Source: Eledone cirrhosa
Taxonomy: Eukaryota
NCBI GenBank assembly: GCA_964016885.1
Contig: OZ024741.1
Location: 66,712,001 to 66,776,000 of the forward strand
DNA: 64,000 nt
Direction: 5' to 3'
In this document: positions 14,524 to 28,974 of the stretch, piece by piece
Numbering within the stretch: the first letter of the stretch is position 1
How the letters are laid out: each line of letters begins with the position of its first letter
Made by a program: the position numbers and the translations under genes
Notes under the pieces: generated by a model
The model's input: the letters and a program-made list of their open reading frames with translations, nothing else
The model's database searches: none
Told to the model about the DNA's origin: nothing

Positions 14524-14948
14524 TATATATATATACACATTTCTTACGTCGATTTTCTGCTAGAATTATGAGTGGTAAGCATAACCTCTTCAGACGTCGA
14601 AATCATACTACTTGTGTATTCATTAACGTAGCCACTCTGGAAGTTCTTGATTTCTGTAATGGAATGTTTCCTTTGAATTTGATCAATGACAAGTTTTAGA
14701 GCTCATCTATATATATCCATGACCATCGCCAATATAAAAATAGAAAAAAGATATAGTTACTAATTTCAAAGAAAGCAAACATGTTGTAAGAGTAAAATGG
14801 ACTGAGGAAAACTATACGTGCGTGTATGTCTATATATAAACGTGTGTGTGTGTATACATGCATATATATATGTATGTGTGTGTGTATATATATGGGTGTC
14901 TGTGATCTATATACACTGGTCATAGACACACACACATATATACACACG

Positions 14949-15019
<71 letters not shown>

Positions 15020-15072
15020 ATAGAAAAATGAAACTAAATTTCATTTCTCACTCTTAGTACGGTAGTTACTTA

Positions 15073-15612
15073 AATGTAAGTATGTATGTATACGTACATA
15101 CATATATGTATACAGACGTACAGTAGTATGTATATATATACATACATGTACACATATATATATATATATGTACGTATCGGTTTACCGAACATTTATTATA
15201 ATGTTCGGTTTGTTTGTAAACAAACAGCCCGAATTAAGTTGTACAGTGTTTAGCAACCATCGTTGCCCTTTTGTTCAACACTGACAAAGGAACGATGTAC
15301 TAGTTTCAAGCTTATTAGCTATCGTCAGCATCGTATACCTTCCTGCCAGATGATTGAACGTCTGACGATAGCTAATAAGCTTGAAACTAGTACATCGTTC
15401 CTTTGTCAGTGTTGAACAAAAGGGCAACGATGGTTGCTAAACACTGTACGGCTTAATTCGGGCTGTTTGTTTACAAACAAACCGAACATTATAATAAATG
15501 TTCGGTAAACCGATACGTACATATATATATATGTGTACATGTATGTATATATATACATACTACTGTACGTCTGTATACATATATGTATGTACGTATACAT
15601 ACATACTTACAT
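15073..15612. repeat. Fold-back inverted repeat, arms about 250 bp
   Basis: 15073-15328 versus 15362-15612. Confidence 0.9.
15293..15333 (-). ncRNA. Minimal hammerhead (mirror copy at 15362-15397 lacks the 5' strand of stem I)
   Basis: CGATG-CTGACGA-TAGCT(AATA)AGCTT-GAAA-CTAG-TA-CATCG; palindrome ACTAGT. Confidence 0.78.
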
Positions 15613-15775
15613 ATATATATATATTTATTTACGTATAGAACGGAGCATATGTGCATAAACCACACATGTACCGTGTTGTATTATGACAGTATTGTGTTAG
15701 CTCAATGTACAAGAACAGAGCCGTTATATTTATAAGAAACCAAAGAACGCTTACATACTCAAACAGTTTTTATTT

Positions 15776-15820
15776 GCTTACAATGTTTCATCCATACCTT
15801 TTGGTAGAAATCCTCAGAGC
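15776..15820 (-). ncRNA. Minimal hammerhead followed by AATAAA
   Basis: GCT-CTGAGGA-TTTCTACC(AAAA)GGTATGGAT-GAAA-CATTG-TA-AGC. Confidence 0.68.
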
Positions 15821-15895
15821 TTAATAAACACAGTGCTGTGTATAATCTCCACAGAGCCTAGTCCCTCGAACAATTAGAATGCAAAAGAGGGTAAA

Positions 15896-17051
15896 GATAG
15901 GGAGATCGGAGATCGCAAACAAGGAGGGGATTCATGTTGGGGTTGTTAATCACCACAGCTAAATGCCAGGCCACAAGCGGATTCCACAAGATGCAGATAT
16001 AATTGATGGCACACAAAAGCAAAAGCAAAAGATACAGGCAATGGTTAAAACATAAACAAATAATAAAAAATAATAATAAAAAATAATAATAAAAAATAAT
16101 AATAAAAAATAAAAAAAAATAAAAGGAAGATAATATAAAGAGTAAAAAGGTAAAAAATAAAAAAAAGTAAAAAATTTTAAAAAGAAATAAAAATAGAAAG
16201 AAGAAAAATGTTTTAAGCACAAAGAATCCAGAGGAATTTAAGCTCTGGTCCCTAATAAAACGAGTGAATAGGATCTCCGTAACTTACAATTATATAAGCA
16301 TTAGGAGGTCCTTACGGTACATCCAGAAAGACCACAGTAATCAGAATCCCCGCCATGTTATACATATACGAGGTATACTGTAGGTACCCGAATTACGTAG
16401 CCAATGGGTGCTCCACAAGCATATAGGTGGGTATTACATAAGTGCAAGCCATACACAAGCAAATTATGGTTATTACAGGATAGAGCTGAGTATAACAAGT
16501 ATATAGACAGGCATGACATAAAAAGCAGGCTATGCACAAGCAATCGGGGTTATTGTAAGATAGAGCTGTAGCAATCTTATTATATTAGTTACTGTAAAAC
16601 CAACTGGCAAAGTTATTACACATGTATATTAACAGTATAGGCTAGACCAATTGGTTAATGCTTATATAATTATAAGTTACGGGGATCCTATCCACTCGTT
16701 TTGGTAGGAACCAGCGCTTAAATTCCTCTGGATTCTTTATGTGCTTAAAACATTTTTCTTCTTTCTGTTTTTATTTCTTTTAAAAAAAATATTTTTTTTA
16801 ATTTTTTAATTTTATTAATTTTTTACCTATTTACTCTTTATATTATCTTCCTTTTATTTTTTAATATTTTTTTAATTATTATTTTATTATTTTTAATTAT
16901 GTTTTAACCATTGTCTGTATCTTTTGCTTTTGCTTTTGTGTGCCATCAATTATATCTGCATCTTGTGGAATCCGCTTGTGCCCTGGCATTTAGCTGTGGT
17001 GATTAACAACCTCAACATCAACCCCTCCTTGTTCGCCATCTCCGATCTCCC
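15896..17051. repeat. Inverted repeat, arms about 390 bp
   Basis: 15896-16282 versus 16656-17051. Confidence 0.85.
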
Positions 17052-17664
17052 TTTATATATATATATACACTACAACACCACCAGCTCTCCTTCAACCTAC
17101 TCTGTCACAACCCATATCTCTTCCTCTCTATCTTTCTCTCTCTTTGTTTATGAAGGTACCCGGAAAAACCCCATATCCCGGGAACCCGTGGTCCGATTTA
17201 CGCGAAATTTGTCTTATTCCATTTGTATTCCCATTTCAGGGGCAACTTCTTTACAAAGTATTTTCCCATTATGCGCTCTTTTGGCTGTATTACATTACAG
17301 TCAAAGCAATTACAGAGTTTTAGTAATATATAGATAACAACTGACTATATTTTTGTTCATTACAATCAATTTTATTTTTATGTGTATTAAGAATATTCAT
17401 TCCCATCAGTTGAAACAATACAATGAAAAAAATCTAACGCCATAAATTCTCAGAATTTTCATAATGCCAAATGACAGTTGATATGTATCTATTTCAAATT
17501 AATATTTATTACACAACGTTTGTTTAGCGTCATTATTTTTTCTATCTCTTCTTTTCTTTTCAAATGACATGTTCATATACGCTTGTGCTCTTTCCTTCCT
17601 TCTTTCTTTCATTTTCTTTCTTTCATTTTCTTTCTCTCTTTCTTCCTTTCTTCTTTCTTTCTAT

Positions 17665-18545
17665 CTAGATCAGAATTTCCGAGGTACGAGCCTTCACACC
17701 CATTTTCGCCGGCCACGAGATGTACAGATCTTGACACGGAGTCGCTGTGGTGTTTAGGAAAGACTTGGATTTCACGATATGGACCATCTTCCTGGAGCCA
17801 GGGTGTAAGTTGGCTTTCAAGCCAGTGGTCGTCAATGCCCTGACAGGGACAGTACAGCCTGATTTCTTCAGGCGCCTGGAGAACTTTCTAGAGAACTTTC
17901 CTGAGCGTTAGTGGGCAACAGGAACGGTATCACCTACTACCACCTGAATGTCGTGCCGCGTCTTGGCCCATGTCTTACCACACTGGAGTGTTTACTTGTT
18001 TGCGCTTTGTGGAAGGGACGCGTGCCAATTGTCATGCCGTGAGTTTGCTGTCAACACCCGCGGGGAATGTCGTTGCTAATGATGCGCAGACATGCGCTGA
18101 GGCTACGACACCTTAAGCTTTTCATTGTCAGTGAAAACAGGTGTGGTCACCGTTCGCTAGATTCGTTTTTCTCCAGATCATCTCCTTGCCGTAGCATCAG
18201 TCTTGGACCAAGCCCAAATCGTGAGGGGGCGCTTGGAAACTGGAATGCCTTTGACTGCTCACAGCTATATGACAATCTGAGAGTTTGGTCGGCGGAAACT
18301 CCACCTTGCTAACTCCATATAGGTAGGTAAAAGTGTCTTGGGGAGACACTGAGCGTCAGCGAAAACCAACTAACTACTCTTTCAGCCTAGGGCACATAGC
18401 TAACTTCCAGAAATCCCTGGCCTGGTAGTGCTACCGGGTAACCTTGCCACTTTGAGATAAACTCTACAGGCATAGAGGTGCCGTCAGTTGGGCCTGTACA
18501 GATGCGCACAGGGTCATACAGTCCCGAGTATTGCTGAGTTATGGG
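17665..18545 (+). mobile_element. Degenerate, RT-deleted Tx1-like ORF2 relic (copy D)
   Basis: RISEVRAFTPIF, PDFFRRLENFL, YYHLNVVP, CCQHP, LMMRRHALRLRHL and NFQKSLAW match copy A ORF2. Confidence 0.8.
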
Positions 18546-19111
18546 TTTATTGTAATTTTTTTGTGCCTCAATCAGAAACCATTATTATTGATGGCCCGTG
18601 CGAAATAATTTCTCAATAATTTTCCTGCTCAAAGAATTAATGTAAGCCTATTTTTTCTGAAGCATTTGGGTAGGAGTAAATGGCAAAGAAGCAGTTTTAT
18701 TTTATAAACAAACGCGTGTTCTTAATGAGTTATATGTCAGTTTATGTATAAATGTATTCCATTATTTATCATTACTGTTCAATGAGTTATACAAATTTCA
18801 AATTTAATAAAGCGATGTAAAACAAACTAAATTTAATATAAATGTAAAGTAACATTATTCATGCACAACTATTTAAAAACATACATCTATTTATTTGAAA
18901 TATGCCATAGAATACATACGTATATAAAGTCATTATCCACTGGAAAATATGGAAAGTGTTGAAATTTGCTTTCAGAATCACGTATGGGGTTGCTATAAAA
19001 TCTGCCACTGATCCTAACCGTGCTGTGGACAATAGGAGGTTACTTTAATATTTTCTGTTCCAGAATCAAAATAAAATTTAAAATTTTAAAAATATTGAAC
19101 GTACATAATAT

Positions 19112-19546
19112 AATAATTGTTTCTACTTTTGGCACAAGGCCAGTAAATACCCAGTACATTACTGGTACTTTATTTTATAGACCCCGTAAGGATGAAAAGC
19201 AAAGTTGACCTCGGCGGGATGTGAACTCAGATCATAAAGAGACGAAACTGCCAATTCACCGCCCTTACATAATATAATAATTTACCAGTTTCTGTAATGT
19301 TCCTTTTAAACAACTATATATAATTTAGGAAAACTCCTGTAAAAATTATAAAGTTACCTCTTTGTATACTTAAATAATTGCTTCTACTTTTGGCACAAGG
19401 CCAGCAAATACCCAGAACATTACTGGTACTTTATTTTATCGATCCCGTAAGGATGAAAGGCAAAGTTAACCCCGAAGGGATTTGAACTCAGACCGTAAAG
19501 AGATGTAACTGTGCTAGAAAGCATGGCGTCCAACCCTCTACCGATA
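19112..19546 (-). mobile_element. Two SINE copies (about 19112-19265 and 19373-19546)
   Basis: Reverse-complement match to the SINE family. Confidence 0.75.
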
Positions 19547-19769
19547 CGAGTGGGCATAAAGTAGGAGTGAATAAATTACAATATGGTAAATGAAGTAATA
19601 CAAAACTTTTCTGATAGCCACCTACACCTCCACACGTAGAACATCATTAGAAGTACTTTCGTGAAACAACATACTGATTGGAGGTGTAGCAACGTATCTA
19701 CACAGCCAAATGAACCTTAAACAATAAGTATCGCCCAGTCATTATGCATAGTTCTACATATTAAATGAC

Positions 19770-21167
19770 ACAGGCAACAGGATTATTCAGCGAACCACTT
19801 GTACTTTCTCCAAGGAACATCATAGCGCTACAGTGACAACATGGTATTTCCATCAGTCCGCAGTTGTGTCGGAAAACATTTACATTGACTTTTGCAGTGA
19901 ATCCAAATCATAACATTGTGCATTTTTTTGGGGACACAATTTCTTTATAACTAAGATTAACTCACTCCCATTACTGCACTAGCGCTTGATGAACACAACC
20001 ACAAGGATATGGTCCGAACGTGGAAGAGCCGAACTCCCACTGCCATCGCATCCATCTCTCTCACCCCCCCCCCATCTCTCTGTATGGTGAGCAAATGGGG
20101 TCCCACGTGCTGGCCTCCCCACAGCCCCGTCGGACAGAAAGGCGTTTTCCCGGAGGATGGCAAGGGAGATGCGCTGGAAGAGCCATTCCATCTCGCGGGA
20201 CTCATACCTGCGGCTGGCCAGCTCAGCCCCTTTGGTGGCGAATAAGGAGGTAGCCCTAGGGTCAAGAACACTAGAAGTCTCCACTGCCAAGGGCACGATC
20301 CGCGAACCTGTCGGAGAGCAACAACATTCTATGATTATTTTGACTAAATCTTTGATGCTGAACCATGTCTTGTTCCAAAGTTTGTTGCCATTGTTCCTGG
20401 GAAAGTTGTCTTCTTGCAATTCGTCGCTGCTCAGCATCCTGTGCAAGAATCTGCTCTCTTCTTTCTTGTGACAGTTCTTGTCTCGCTGTGCGATGTTGAT
20501 CTGCATTCTCAGCACGAATAAGAACGTCTTTTTCTTGTGGAATGTCTTGAAGAAGTTCTCTGCACTTTACAGAGTTTTCTTTCCGAATAACCTATGCTTC
20601 TTCTTGACTGAGTCTAGCTCTTCTCCTCCGCTGCCATTGTCTTGCAGCTTCTTGTTGAGCTTCTGTACGTTTGTTATTCATGATGGGATACTTTCCAAAA
20701 CTGAACCGAGAAAAATATTCCACAAAAGAATATATAGTACTAAATCTGCTACCTTTATCTTTACAGCTTGTAACCTTGATATGGATGAGTACTCCTTTCG
20801 TTCGTTCGCATGTTACACCTTAGTGAGAGGGGGAGGCGGAGTGAGAAAGAGGTGGGATGAGTGAGTGGTGGAGTGAGTGAGAGATGGAGTCAGTGAAAGG
20901 TGGAGTGAATGAGAGATTTTCATAAAAAAAGGTGGGAATTTTAAGTGCCTAGCTATTCACATCGATATCGATACACATATTTGTTCGAAAACATGTCGTG
21001 TATGTGTGTTTCTGTCTGAGTGTATGAGTGTATGAGAGACGGTCTTTTTATCACCCTCTCTATTTCTTTCTCTGTCTGTATCTCCCTGTTCTCGAATATT
21101 CTTGAAATTTCCCTCTTTCTCTATAGATAGCCCGTCGGACAGACAGACAGCGCTCTTATAGTATAGA
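19770..21167 (-). mobile_element. Helitron 5' portion (decayed, interrupted)
   Basis: A|TCTATACTATAA...GTCTGTCTGTC 5' terminus; 23-aa periodic STPR-like repeats at 20681-20320 (RLSQEE/DIPQEK/ELSQER/QLSQEQ, one stop); Zn-finger start RHNCGLMEIPCCHCSAMMFLGE at about 19871-19800. Confidence 0.75.
19923..20317 (-). mobile_element. 3' end of a CRE-like (restriction-like endonuclease) non-LTR element inserted in the Helitron
   Basis: VPLAVETSSVLDPRA...REMEWLFQRISLAILRENA C-terminal motif, A7 tail, possible TGC target duplication. Confidence 0.7.
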
Positions 21168-21197
21168 TTATTATTGTTATTATTATTTAGATAAATA

Positions 21198-21390
21198 AGG
21201 GCGGTGGATTGGCAGTATCGTAGAGGGTCGGACGCCATGCTTTGACGCATGGAGTTACGGCCCTTGCCATTATGAGTTCAAATCCCGCCGAGATTAACTT
21301 TGCCTTTCATCCTTACGGGGTCGATAAAATAAAGTACCAGTAATGTACTGGGTAATTGCTGGCCTTGTGCCAAAAGTAGAAACAATTATT
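21198..21390 (+). mobile_element. SINE, same family
   Basis: Full head, core and tail. Confidence 0.8.
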
Positions 21391-23304
21391 TAGATAAATA
21401 AATGGTAGTATTAGTTCTTCCTTTAGGTTTAGAATTCACATCCCACCGGTTTCAATCTTGCTGCCTATTCTCCTATTAGAAATGGGCCGATACAATAGAT
21501 ATCTATAAAGAATCGATTAAATTGATATCCCGCTCCCAAACAACTGAGGGCATTTGCCGAAGTTAGAAAACATCATAATTTTCAGTTATCTTTTTTTCCT
21601 ATCATTATACATAATTTTTTTGCAGGATTATTTGCCAGCGATTACGAACTGTGAAGTGTGCTGCTATCATAAAATTCCAGGTTTTAGTGAGAACAAAAGA
21701 GGAATATAATGTATAAATTATCGCAAAATATAACAAAAATAATAGAAAACAAAAATAAACATTAAAAGAAAGGTTTTATATAATACAAAGAAGTTCTTTA
21801 AAAAAAAAAAAAAAAATATTATCTCCCTTTGATCTTGCACTTATATCTATTGATTCATACAGCCAACGCAAAAACTACACCAACCACACAATCCGTACAA
21901 ACCATATCAACGATATCAGACAACCATACAACTATTGACAGAGTTGAAACGCATATCATATAACGAAATCTAAAGGGAAAATATAAAAATAATGAAATAT
22001 AACAAATAGAATAAGAAATTCAGAAAACAACCAAGAGTAACAACTACGACAACACAAACAAAAAACAATCAATTAAAAACACATAAACAAACGAAATATT
22101 GTTGTTCGTTTGAGAAAGACAGAAATTGTAACATGCCGACGACTCGGGAAAAATAGATATATAAAATTATAAAATTGAAAAAATACAATAAATACAAAAC
22201 GACTGATCTAATCATATGGTCTGCTTCACTCACATATCCTCATAAAACTTCGATATCCCCCTATAGAAGACTTGTAATCAATAAGAGAAGAGCATGGAAA
22301 AGGCCAGGATCGATTCTATCATCGCATTTCTACCGTTATCCTCTCCATCACCATTACCATCTTCTTCATTCTCTTGATGATGATGATGAAGATGATGATG
22401 ATTCTCGTAATCATCATCATCATGATATCGATAAGGGTGAAGGTCGGTGGACAAGACCAAGAGAATGGCTGACTAGACTGTATTTTAATTGAGTTAACCT
22501 ATGGACAGTTCTTCAGCTTTATATTTATTTATTTTTTAAAATGCCGCATATAAAATAAAATTCTATGACCATATTCCATAATTCCATTATTTCTATTTCT
22601 AGACTATTGAATTTGTAAACTTTTTAAATCTCTTTCATTTATATTATATTTATCGATTTGACAAGACATCAATCAGTGAAAAAAGTTCAAAATATGGATT
22701 CTTTGCGTTGATATTCTGCGTATGTATATCTTATCTTTATGTTAGTATTTAACTTATATCTCAGAACATTGGCCTTTTTTAGAATATATGCATATTCAAA
22801 TAATCCTATTGTGAAAATCTGCCGGTTACTTATAATTCTGCGGCGAAATGGAATCCAAAACAGTGAGATTTCAAGTGCAAAACCTTACTATTGGTTCTAC
22901 ATCGTATTCAGTAACACCAATAGTAGAATTTTAAACTTGTAGGAGACTAGGACAGAGATGTTACGAATTTATATTGCTTCTTTTGTAGGTACCTAAACAA
23001 TAAATATTAACACTGAGCAGTGAGCATATTATTGATGTAATAACCTGTAGTAAATTACCAGCTTTCATTCCTGATGTATCCCATATTCTATATACAGTTT
23101 GCACTGCGGGTCATTGTGTTCATCAGCTGATGACTGGAGATATCAATGATATCGGCGCCTTCTGACTCTGACAGTCCCGCTGTCTCCAACGTAGCAAAAC
23201 AGCATTAATGCTACCAGAAAATGTCCAGGATTCATAGTCTACTCTGTAGTACGATTCTTCTTGGACACCTAAATCAGGAAACTTCTGACCAGTAGTAAAC
23301 TACA

Positions 23305-24355
23305 TCACCCAAAATCAGATGTGGATCCCCTATCTCTCTAGAAAAAACGCAGGTAGAGGAACGATCTGGCTTGAGCTGTCATGTAAAATATCAACCATTG
23401 GACTAGAACAATACCTTAAAACTACAGATGATTGAATGATGATAATGGTTGCAAATCACGAAAGGAAGAAGTGGCTACATTCTATCACAAAGGAAAGTAG
23501 GATGTTTGCAAAAGGAATGGGAATACATTTTGAAAATGATGTCGATTCTGCAATTAAACTGCAAAGAACATCAACATATTTCAAACATGAGGTCAACGGA
23601 GACTGTGCACTAAATGGTAGCAAAACCCATTGCATGGGTAGCCAAGAATATGATGTAGATCGAACTCTCTCCCATCAGTTGCCACGGAGTTTTGGGTTAA
23701 AAGCAGGGAGTGAGGGCTTCATTTTGGCTGCGTCTTTTAACGTTCAAATTTCAAGTTTCAAGCGAATGCGATCAGAAATGGAACTGACTCTGTTAATTCT
23801 GCGAGGAGTAAGTTGAGACCATAGACTACCTGTTTTCAGGCTGCAAAGTATTAGCTTCGCAAGAGTATAAAACGGGCAATATTTACACTGGGTAACGTGC
23901 AGGTTTTGTGGTATAAAAATAGTGGGAAAATGATAAAAACATCGCCTAGATGCAGTAATTGGAGGCGAAAATGTGATGACCCTATGGGATTATCCTGTAA
24001 ACACTGACAGAACAATCAAGGCCAACAGACCTGATATAACTGTAATGGACCATACAGAGAAAACATACTTCTTAATTGATATTAACATTCCATCAGATCG
24101 TAACATCTCCTCGAAAGGGTTCCGAAAGCTCAATAAATATAAAGATATGTCAACTGAAATCGAGAAAATGAGGCATCTTAAAACCTATACATTACCAGTG
24201 ATAGTCGGTGCACGTGGAATGATAACAAAGGGAACTGAAACATATTTTCACCAGATACCTGGAAAGCCATCTTTGCAAGCGATCCAAGAAATAGTACTGA
24301 CTGGTACTGTCCCTGTCCTGAGAAGAGTAATATCAAAGATATTTGCTGTGGTGTA
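23305..24355 (+). mobile_element. R4/Dong-like non-LTR retrotransposon 3' relic (RLE domain)
   Basis: GLKAGSEGFILAA, decayed CCHC (ETIDYLFSGC), LWDYPVNTDRTIKANRPDI...LIDINIP...KY..LPVIVGARG. Confidence 0.85.
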
Positions 24356-24652
24356 TACCCTTATGGCATCATCTGTATGACAATCCATTGAATCAAACTT
24401 TGCCTCACGTGTCAGGTTGACACTTAGAAAATTATGGGAAAGATGCAGATTTCAAGGATGTTAATAATTATGTATTTTTATTTTCATACCATACACTAAT
24501 TCGATAATTACTATATACCTTTTCCAATAAAAAATAAATAAATGAACATAATTAATATATAATTAAGAAGGTGGAATTGTGTGAAAAGAAAGAAAGCAAA
24601 AAAGACACCAAAATATAAGAATAGCGAATGTGTGATGAAGAGATGTCTATAT

Positions 24653-24705
<53 letters not shown>

Positions 24706-25657
24706 GTGTGTATAAATATATATATATATATGATAAATATTTATATCTATATGAATTTATTTATTTATCTATCTATCTACCTATCTGTTTACACACATAC
24801 GCATGTATATATATATATGAATATATATATGTATAATATATACATAGTCAATGTATAATATATACATAATCAATAAAATAGAAAAAATAAGAAAAGATGC
24901 AAAGTTAAGGAAGAAAGAGGCGTGTTTCGATGGTTTAAACACAATGCATAACAAAACACATCTAAATTGTTAGAAGAAATTTCTTCCTCCATCTTGCTTG
25001 CATGTGTTTACATATTAAGTCATTGATTGATTCTGATGAAGTTTGTGCTAACACCTCTGCCAAACATTTGCTAACACACACACAAAAACAGATACACCTC
25101 GATTACATATTTGCGTACAGTCTGGCACACACACATACGGATATTCTCATACACACACACGCCTCCATATATATGCAAAAACATACACATACGCATACAC
25201 ATTCATTGGATTGATCATTATCGAGAACTTGGCATGGAAAGCATATGTATGCGAACTCATCACACGGCTTGTCGAAATATTGATAGCGAAATGAACGTAA
25301 ATATCTCTACATCCAGATGCTTAGACATATAAACATATACACCCACACACAGGCACACACAGGCACACAGTAACCCCCCCCCCCCCCACACACATTCACC
25401 CGCAACCACACATATGTATGTGTATATATATGTGAAGGCGCGTGGCTTACTGGCTAGAGCATTGAGCTGTGATAAACAGATGAAACTCCAGAGTGATACG
25501 ACTCACTATTGAGCCTTAATATAGATGAATATTAAAACTCTACATTGGTATTGAGTACTTCTTTCTCTCAGCCATCAACCGCTTACGGACAGACACACAC
25601 ACACACACGCATATATACATATATGTATATATTTATATGCGTGTGTGTGAGTATGTG

Positions 25658-25708
<51 letters not shown>

Positions 25709-26370
25709 GAGATAGAATGTGTAGCAACACGGGGGGTGCCCCAACATGGCCACAGCCGGATGGCTGGAACAGGTGAAAGAGTATATATATATATAGAAAC
25801 ATTAATTTCCATTTCTTTTGCTGGACGATACCACTCGAGACAGGCTGACTCATGGTGGTGGGTGTGCTGGCTGGGAAACCCAATCGAAATCTTTACTCTA
25901 TATCCCATCCTAATATCTAAAAAAATGTTTTTCATATAAGACTCTCTCCGTAATTTCATTAAATAAATAAATCTCGCTACCTCTATTTTTCAATTTACCA
26001 TTTTGCAATATAATATTTTTAATTTAATTTAATTTCATCCTATAACTCGCAACATAAGTTTAACGTTCCAATCTTCGGTTCACACATTAGACAATACAGA
26101 CCCCCATTATAGATTCTTTGGGTAGCATTTTTTCGCGGCATTTTCTAACATTTTCTTTCTCCCTTTCTTTCTTTGTTTCTTCCCCTTCTTCTATGACGGA
26201 GTGGTGGTAGCGCATTGTAAGCCTTCGCCCCCTCACCAGATATTCATTGGTAGTTTTTCGGTTGCCAACACTTTGGGGGCGGCTGGCTGAGTAGCTAGTC
26301 GGCCAGCCGTCCCCTCTGTTTCTGATTTTTCGGACCCATGGCTTTTTACATATTCCTTTGTTATATTCCA

Positions 26371-26428
26371 ATACCTGATGATATCACCGGATTCATATGG
26401 AACCCGGTCATTGAAATGATCATAGTAT
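26371..26428 (+). ncRNA. Hammerhead, family copy 1 of 3
   Basis: ATAC-CTGATGA-TATCACCGG..CCGGTCATT-GAAA-TGATCA-TA-GTAT; palindrome ATGATCAT. Confidence 0.75.
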
Positions 26429-26474
26429 AATAAACCTTTCAAGGATTTACACCAGTCCAGCCTCCTGTTATTTC

Positions 26475-26520
<46 letters not shown>

Positions 26521-26592
26521 GTAGAACACTGGAGGGTTATATCCGTAGTAGTAGAGTACTCAGTCCATGGGATGAGTTTGGTAGAAATAGTT

Positions 26593-26652
<60 letters not shown>

Positions 26653-26653
26653 A

Positions 26654-26705
<52 letters not shown>

Positions 26706-28221
26706 TATGTATAGATGTATATATATAATAACATTTTTTAATTTTTTTATTTTTAAACTTTTTAATATTTTGATACCTGTAGAATCCTTGTTTTTTAAGT
26801 TATATTGATATAATATTTTATTTTTTTATTAGATTTATTTTTTATTAGATTCATTTTATTTATTTTTTTATTAGATTCATTTTATTTTTAATTTTTATTA
26901 GATTTGTTTTTATTAGATTTGTTTTTATTCTGATAGCTTCCCATAATTTTTATTAGATTTATTTTTTATTCTGATAGCTTCTCATAATTTTTATTAGATT
27001 TATTTTTTATTCTGATAGCTTCTCATCATTTTTAAAAGTTTGTCCTTTCAATATCTTGATTAAAATATACGTAAGATTAATTTCTAAACATATTATTTTA
27101 ACTTAAAATATTCTATAATATTTTGGGATATTTTAGTATTTTGATATTTGTAGAATTCGTTTGTTTTTTAAGTTATATTAATATAATTATATTTCCAAAA
27201 TATAATCCTTTTGTATTTTATATACTCAATTGTACTATGTTATATGTTGATGTATACGTATATCTATATACGGCTAACGTATCTATATGTGTGTGTTGAC
27301 ATACATATACATGTGTTATATGCTTTTTTATGATTATATGTCTGTCTGTATATATGCATGAGTGACGCGTGTATACCAATTGAAGATGCACACACATATC
27401 TATTCATGTATAGCTAAGAATTATGGATGTGAATGTACAGGCTTACACATGCAGTTTTTGATTGCAGATATGCATAACTTAACAGCCATAAATGCATGAA
27501 AGTTAATCCTATATATTTATATATATATACTAAAAACTTTTAATTTTTAATTAATAACACAGGGAATGTATGGCAATAAATAAAAAATCACTTATGCTTT
27601 GTATATATATATTATGTGCGGGAGTAGATATAATGTGTATTTTCTGAGTGAGTGTGTATATATATATATTTATGTACCTTTGCCTATGTGTATGTAATAT
27701 GCGATAGATAATCTCTCTAGCAATGTATATATTTTATAATGTTTAAATTCCAATTTTTAATATATTGATCTCAATTTTAAACTAAATATCTAATCATAAT
27801 TAAACAATGTGTAATTTCTCATATTATATATCTATATTCCATTCATGAATATTAATATTTCTAATTTTATTTATGCTTTTCATCCCAATTGTTAACTCAA
27901 CTTAATATGACATAACTTAAGGTTTTCGTTCTCTCCCCTCTCTCTCTATCTCTATATATCTCTCTCTGGATTTTTTCTCTGTCTGATGGTTTGATATCTC
28001 CCCGTTATTTTTCCTCTGTTCTCTTTTCTTTTTGCTTTCTTCTTTTTCTTTATCTATCTCTCCCTTTCTTTTCTCCACGTTTCTCTCTCTCCATCTTTTT
28101 ACTTACTCTTAACACTATGACTTACTAAAGTAAACAAATCACTATCCTGATGGCCTCCAAAAACAACGGTCAATTTTTAAACGGGTACGTCAATGTCTAT
28201 TTATAAAACTGTTATATATTG

Positions 28222-28286
28222 TATTTTGTCTGATGAAGGCATACCATAATGTAACTTGGTATCCTTGAAATATATATAATGAAATA
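28222..28286 (+). ncRNA. Hammerhead followed by AATAAA
   Basis: TATTTTGT-CTGATGA-AGGCATACCA..TGGTATCCTT-GAAA-TATATA-TA-ATGAAATA. Confidence 0.68.
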
Positions 28287-28577
28287 AATATGGTTTTATA
28301 AATATAGTTTCCATTTATTAATATCGTATATCTACTCCAAATATTTGTCGAGTGCTTTATATCAGTTATAAAAATATTTGCTTGTTGTATCCCAACAATT
28401 TAAATAAAACTTTTGCATATATATATATATATATATATTTATTAAAATATATTTATTCTTTGCTTAAACTTTAATCTGTTATTTTAATAAATATTTGCTC
28501 TACAGTTCTTATATATTTGATATATATTTATCCTTATCGAGCCCTATTTTGATTTTAGTCTTCAAATTTATTATTAT

Positions 28578-28656
<79 letters not shown>

Positions 28657-28895
28657 AGTGAAATTACAATTTGACAGATTTTTATTCACATATGTGAAAC
28701 TGAAATTTCATTCTTCGATTTTACATATAAACACTCTGTGACATATGTCAATACCAGACGGTTGACGGTATAAATTCTCACAATTGTATATATCGAATAT
28801 ACAAATCACGTATCTGCATAGAGTGCTAAAATCGTCAACGTCAACAATAATTATTACTCAACAACTCATATATATATATATATATATATAATGTA

Positions 28896-28974
<79 letters not shown>

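Noticed and set aside
19978-20020. Hairpin plus CTAG as the Helitron 3' end
   Set aside because: It lies inside the CRE-like insert, and Helitron coding sequence resumes beyond it
23050-23237. Signal-peptide-like minus-strand frame MNPGHFLVALMLFCYVG..RVRR
   Set aside because: Stops after 30 codons, needs a frameshift and has no recognisable homology
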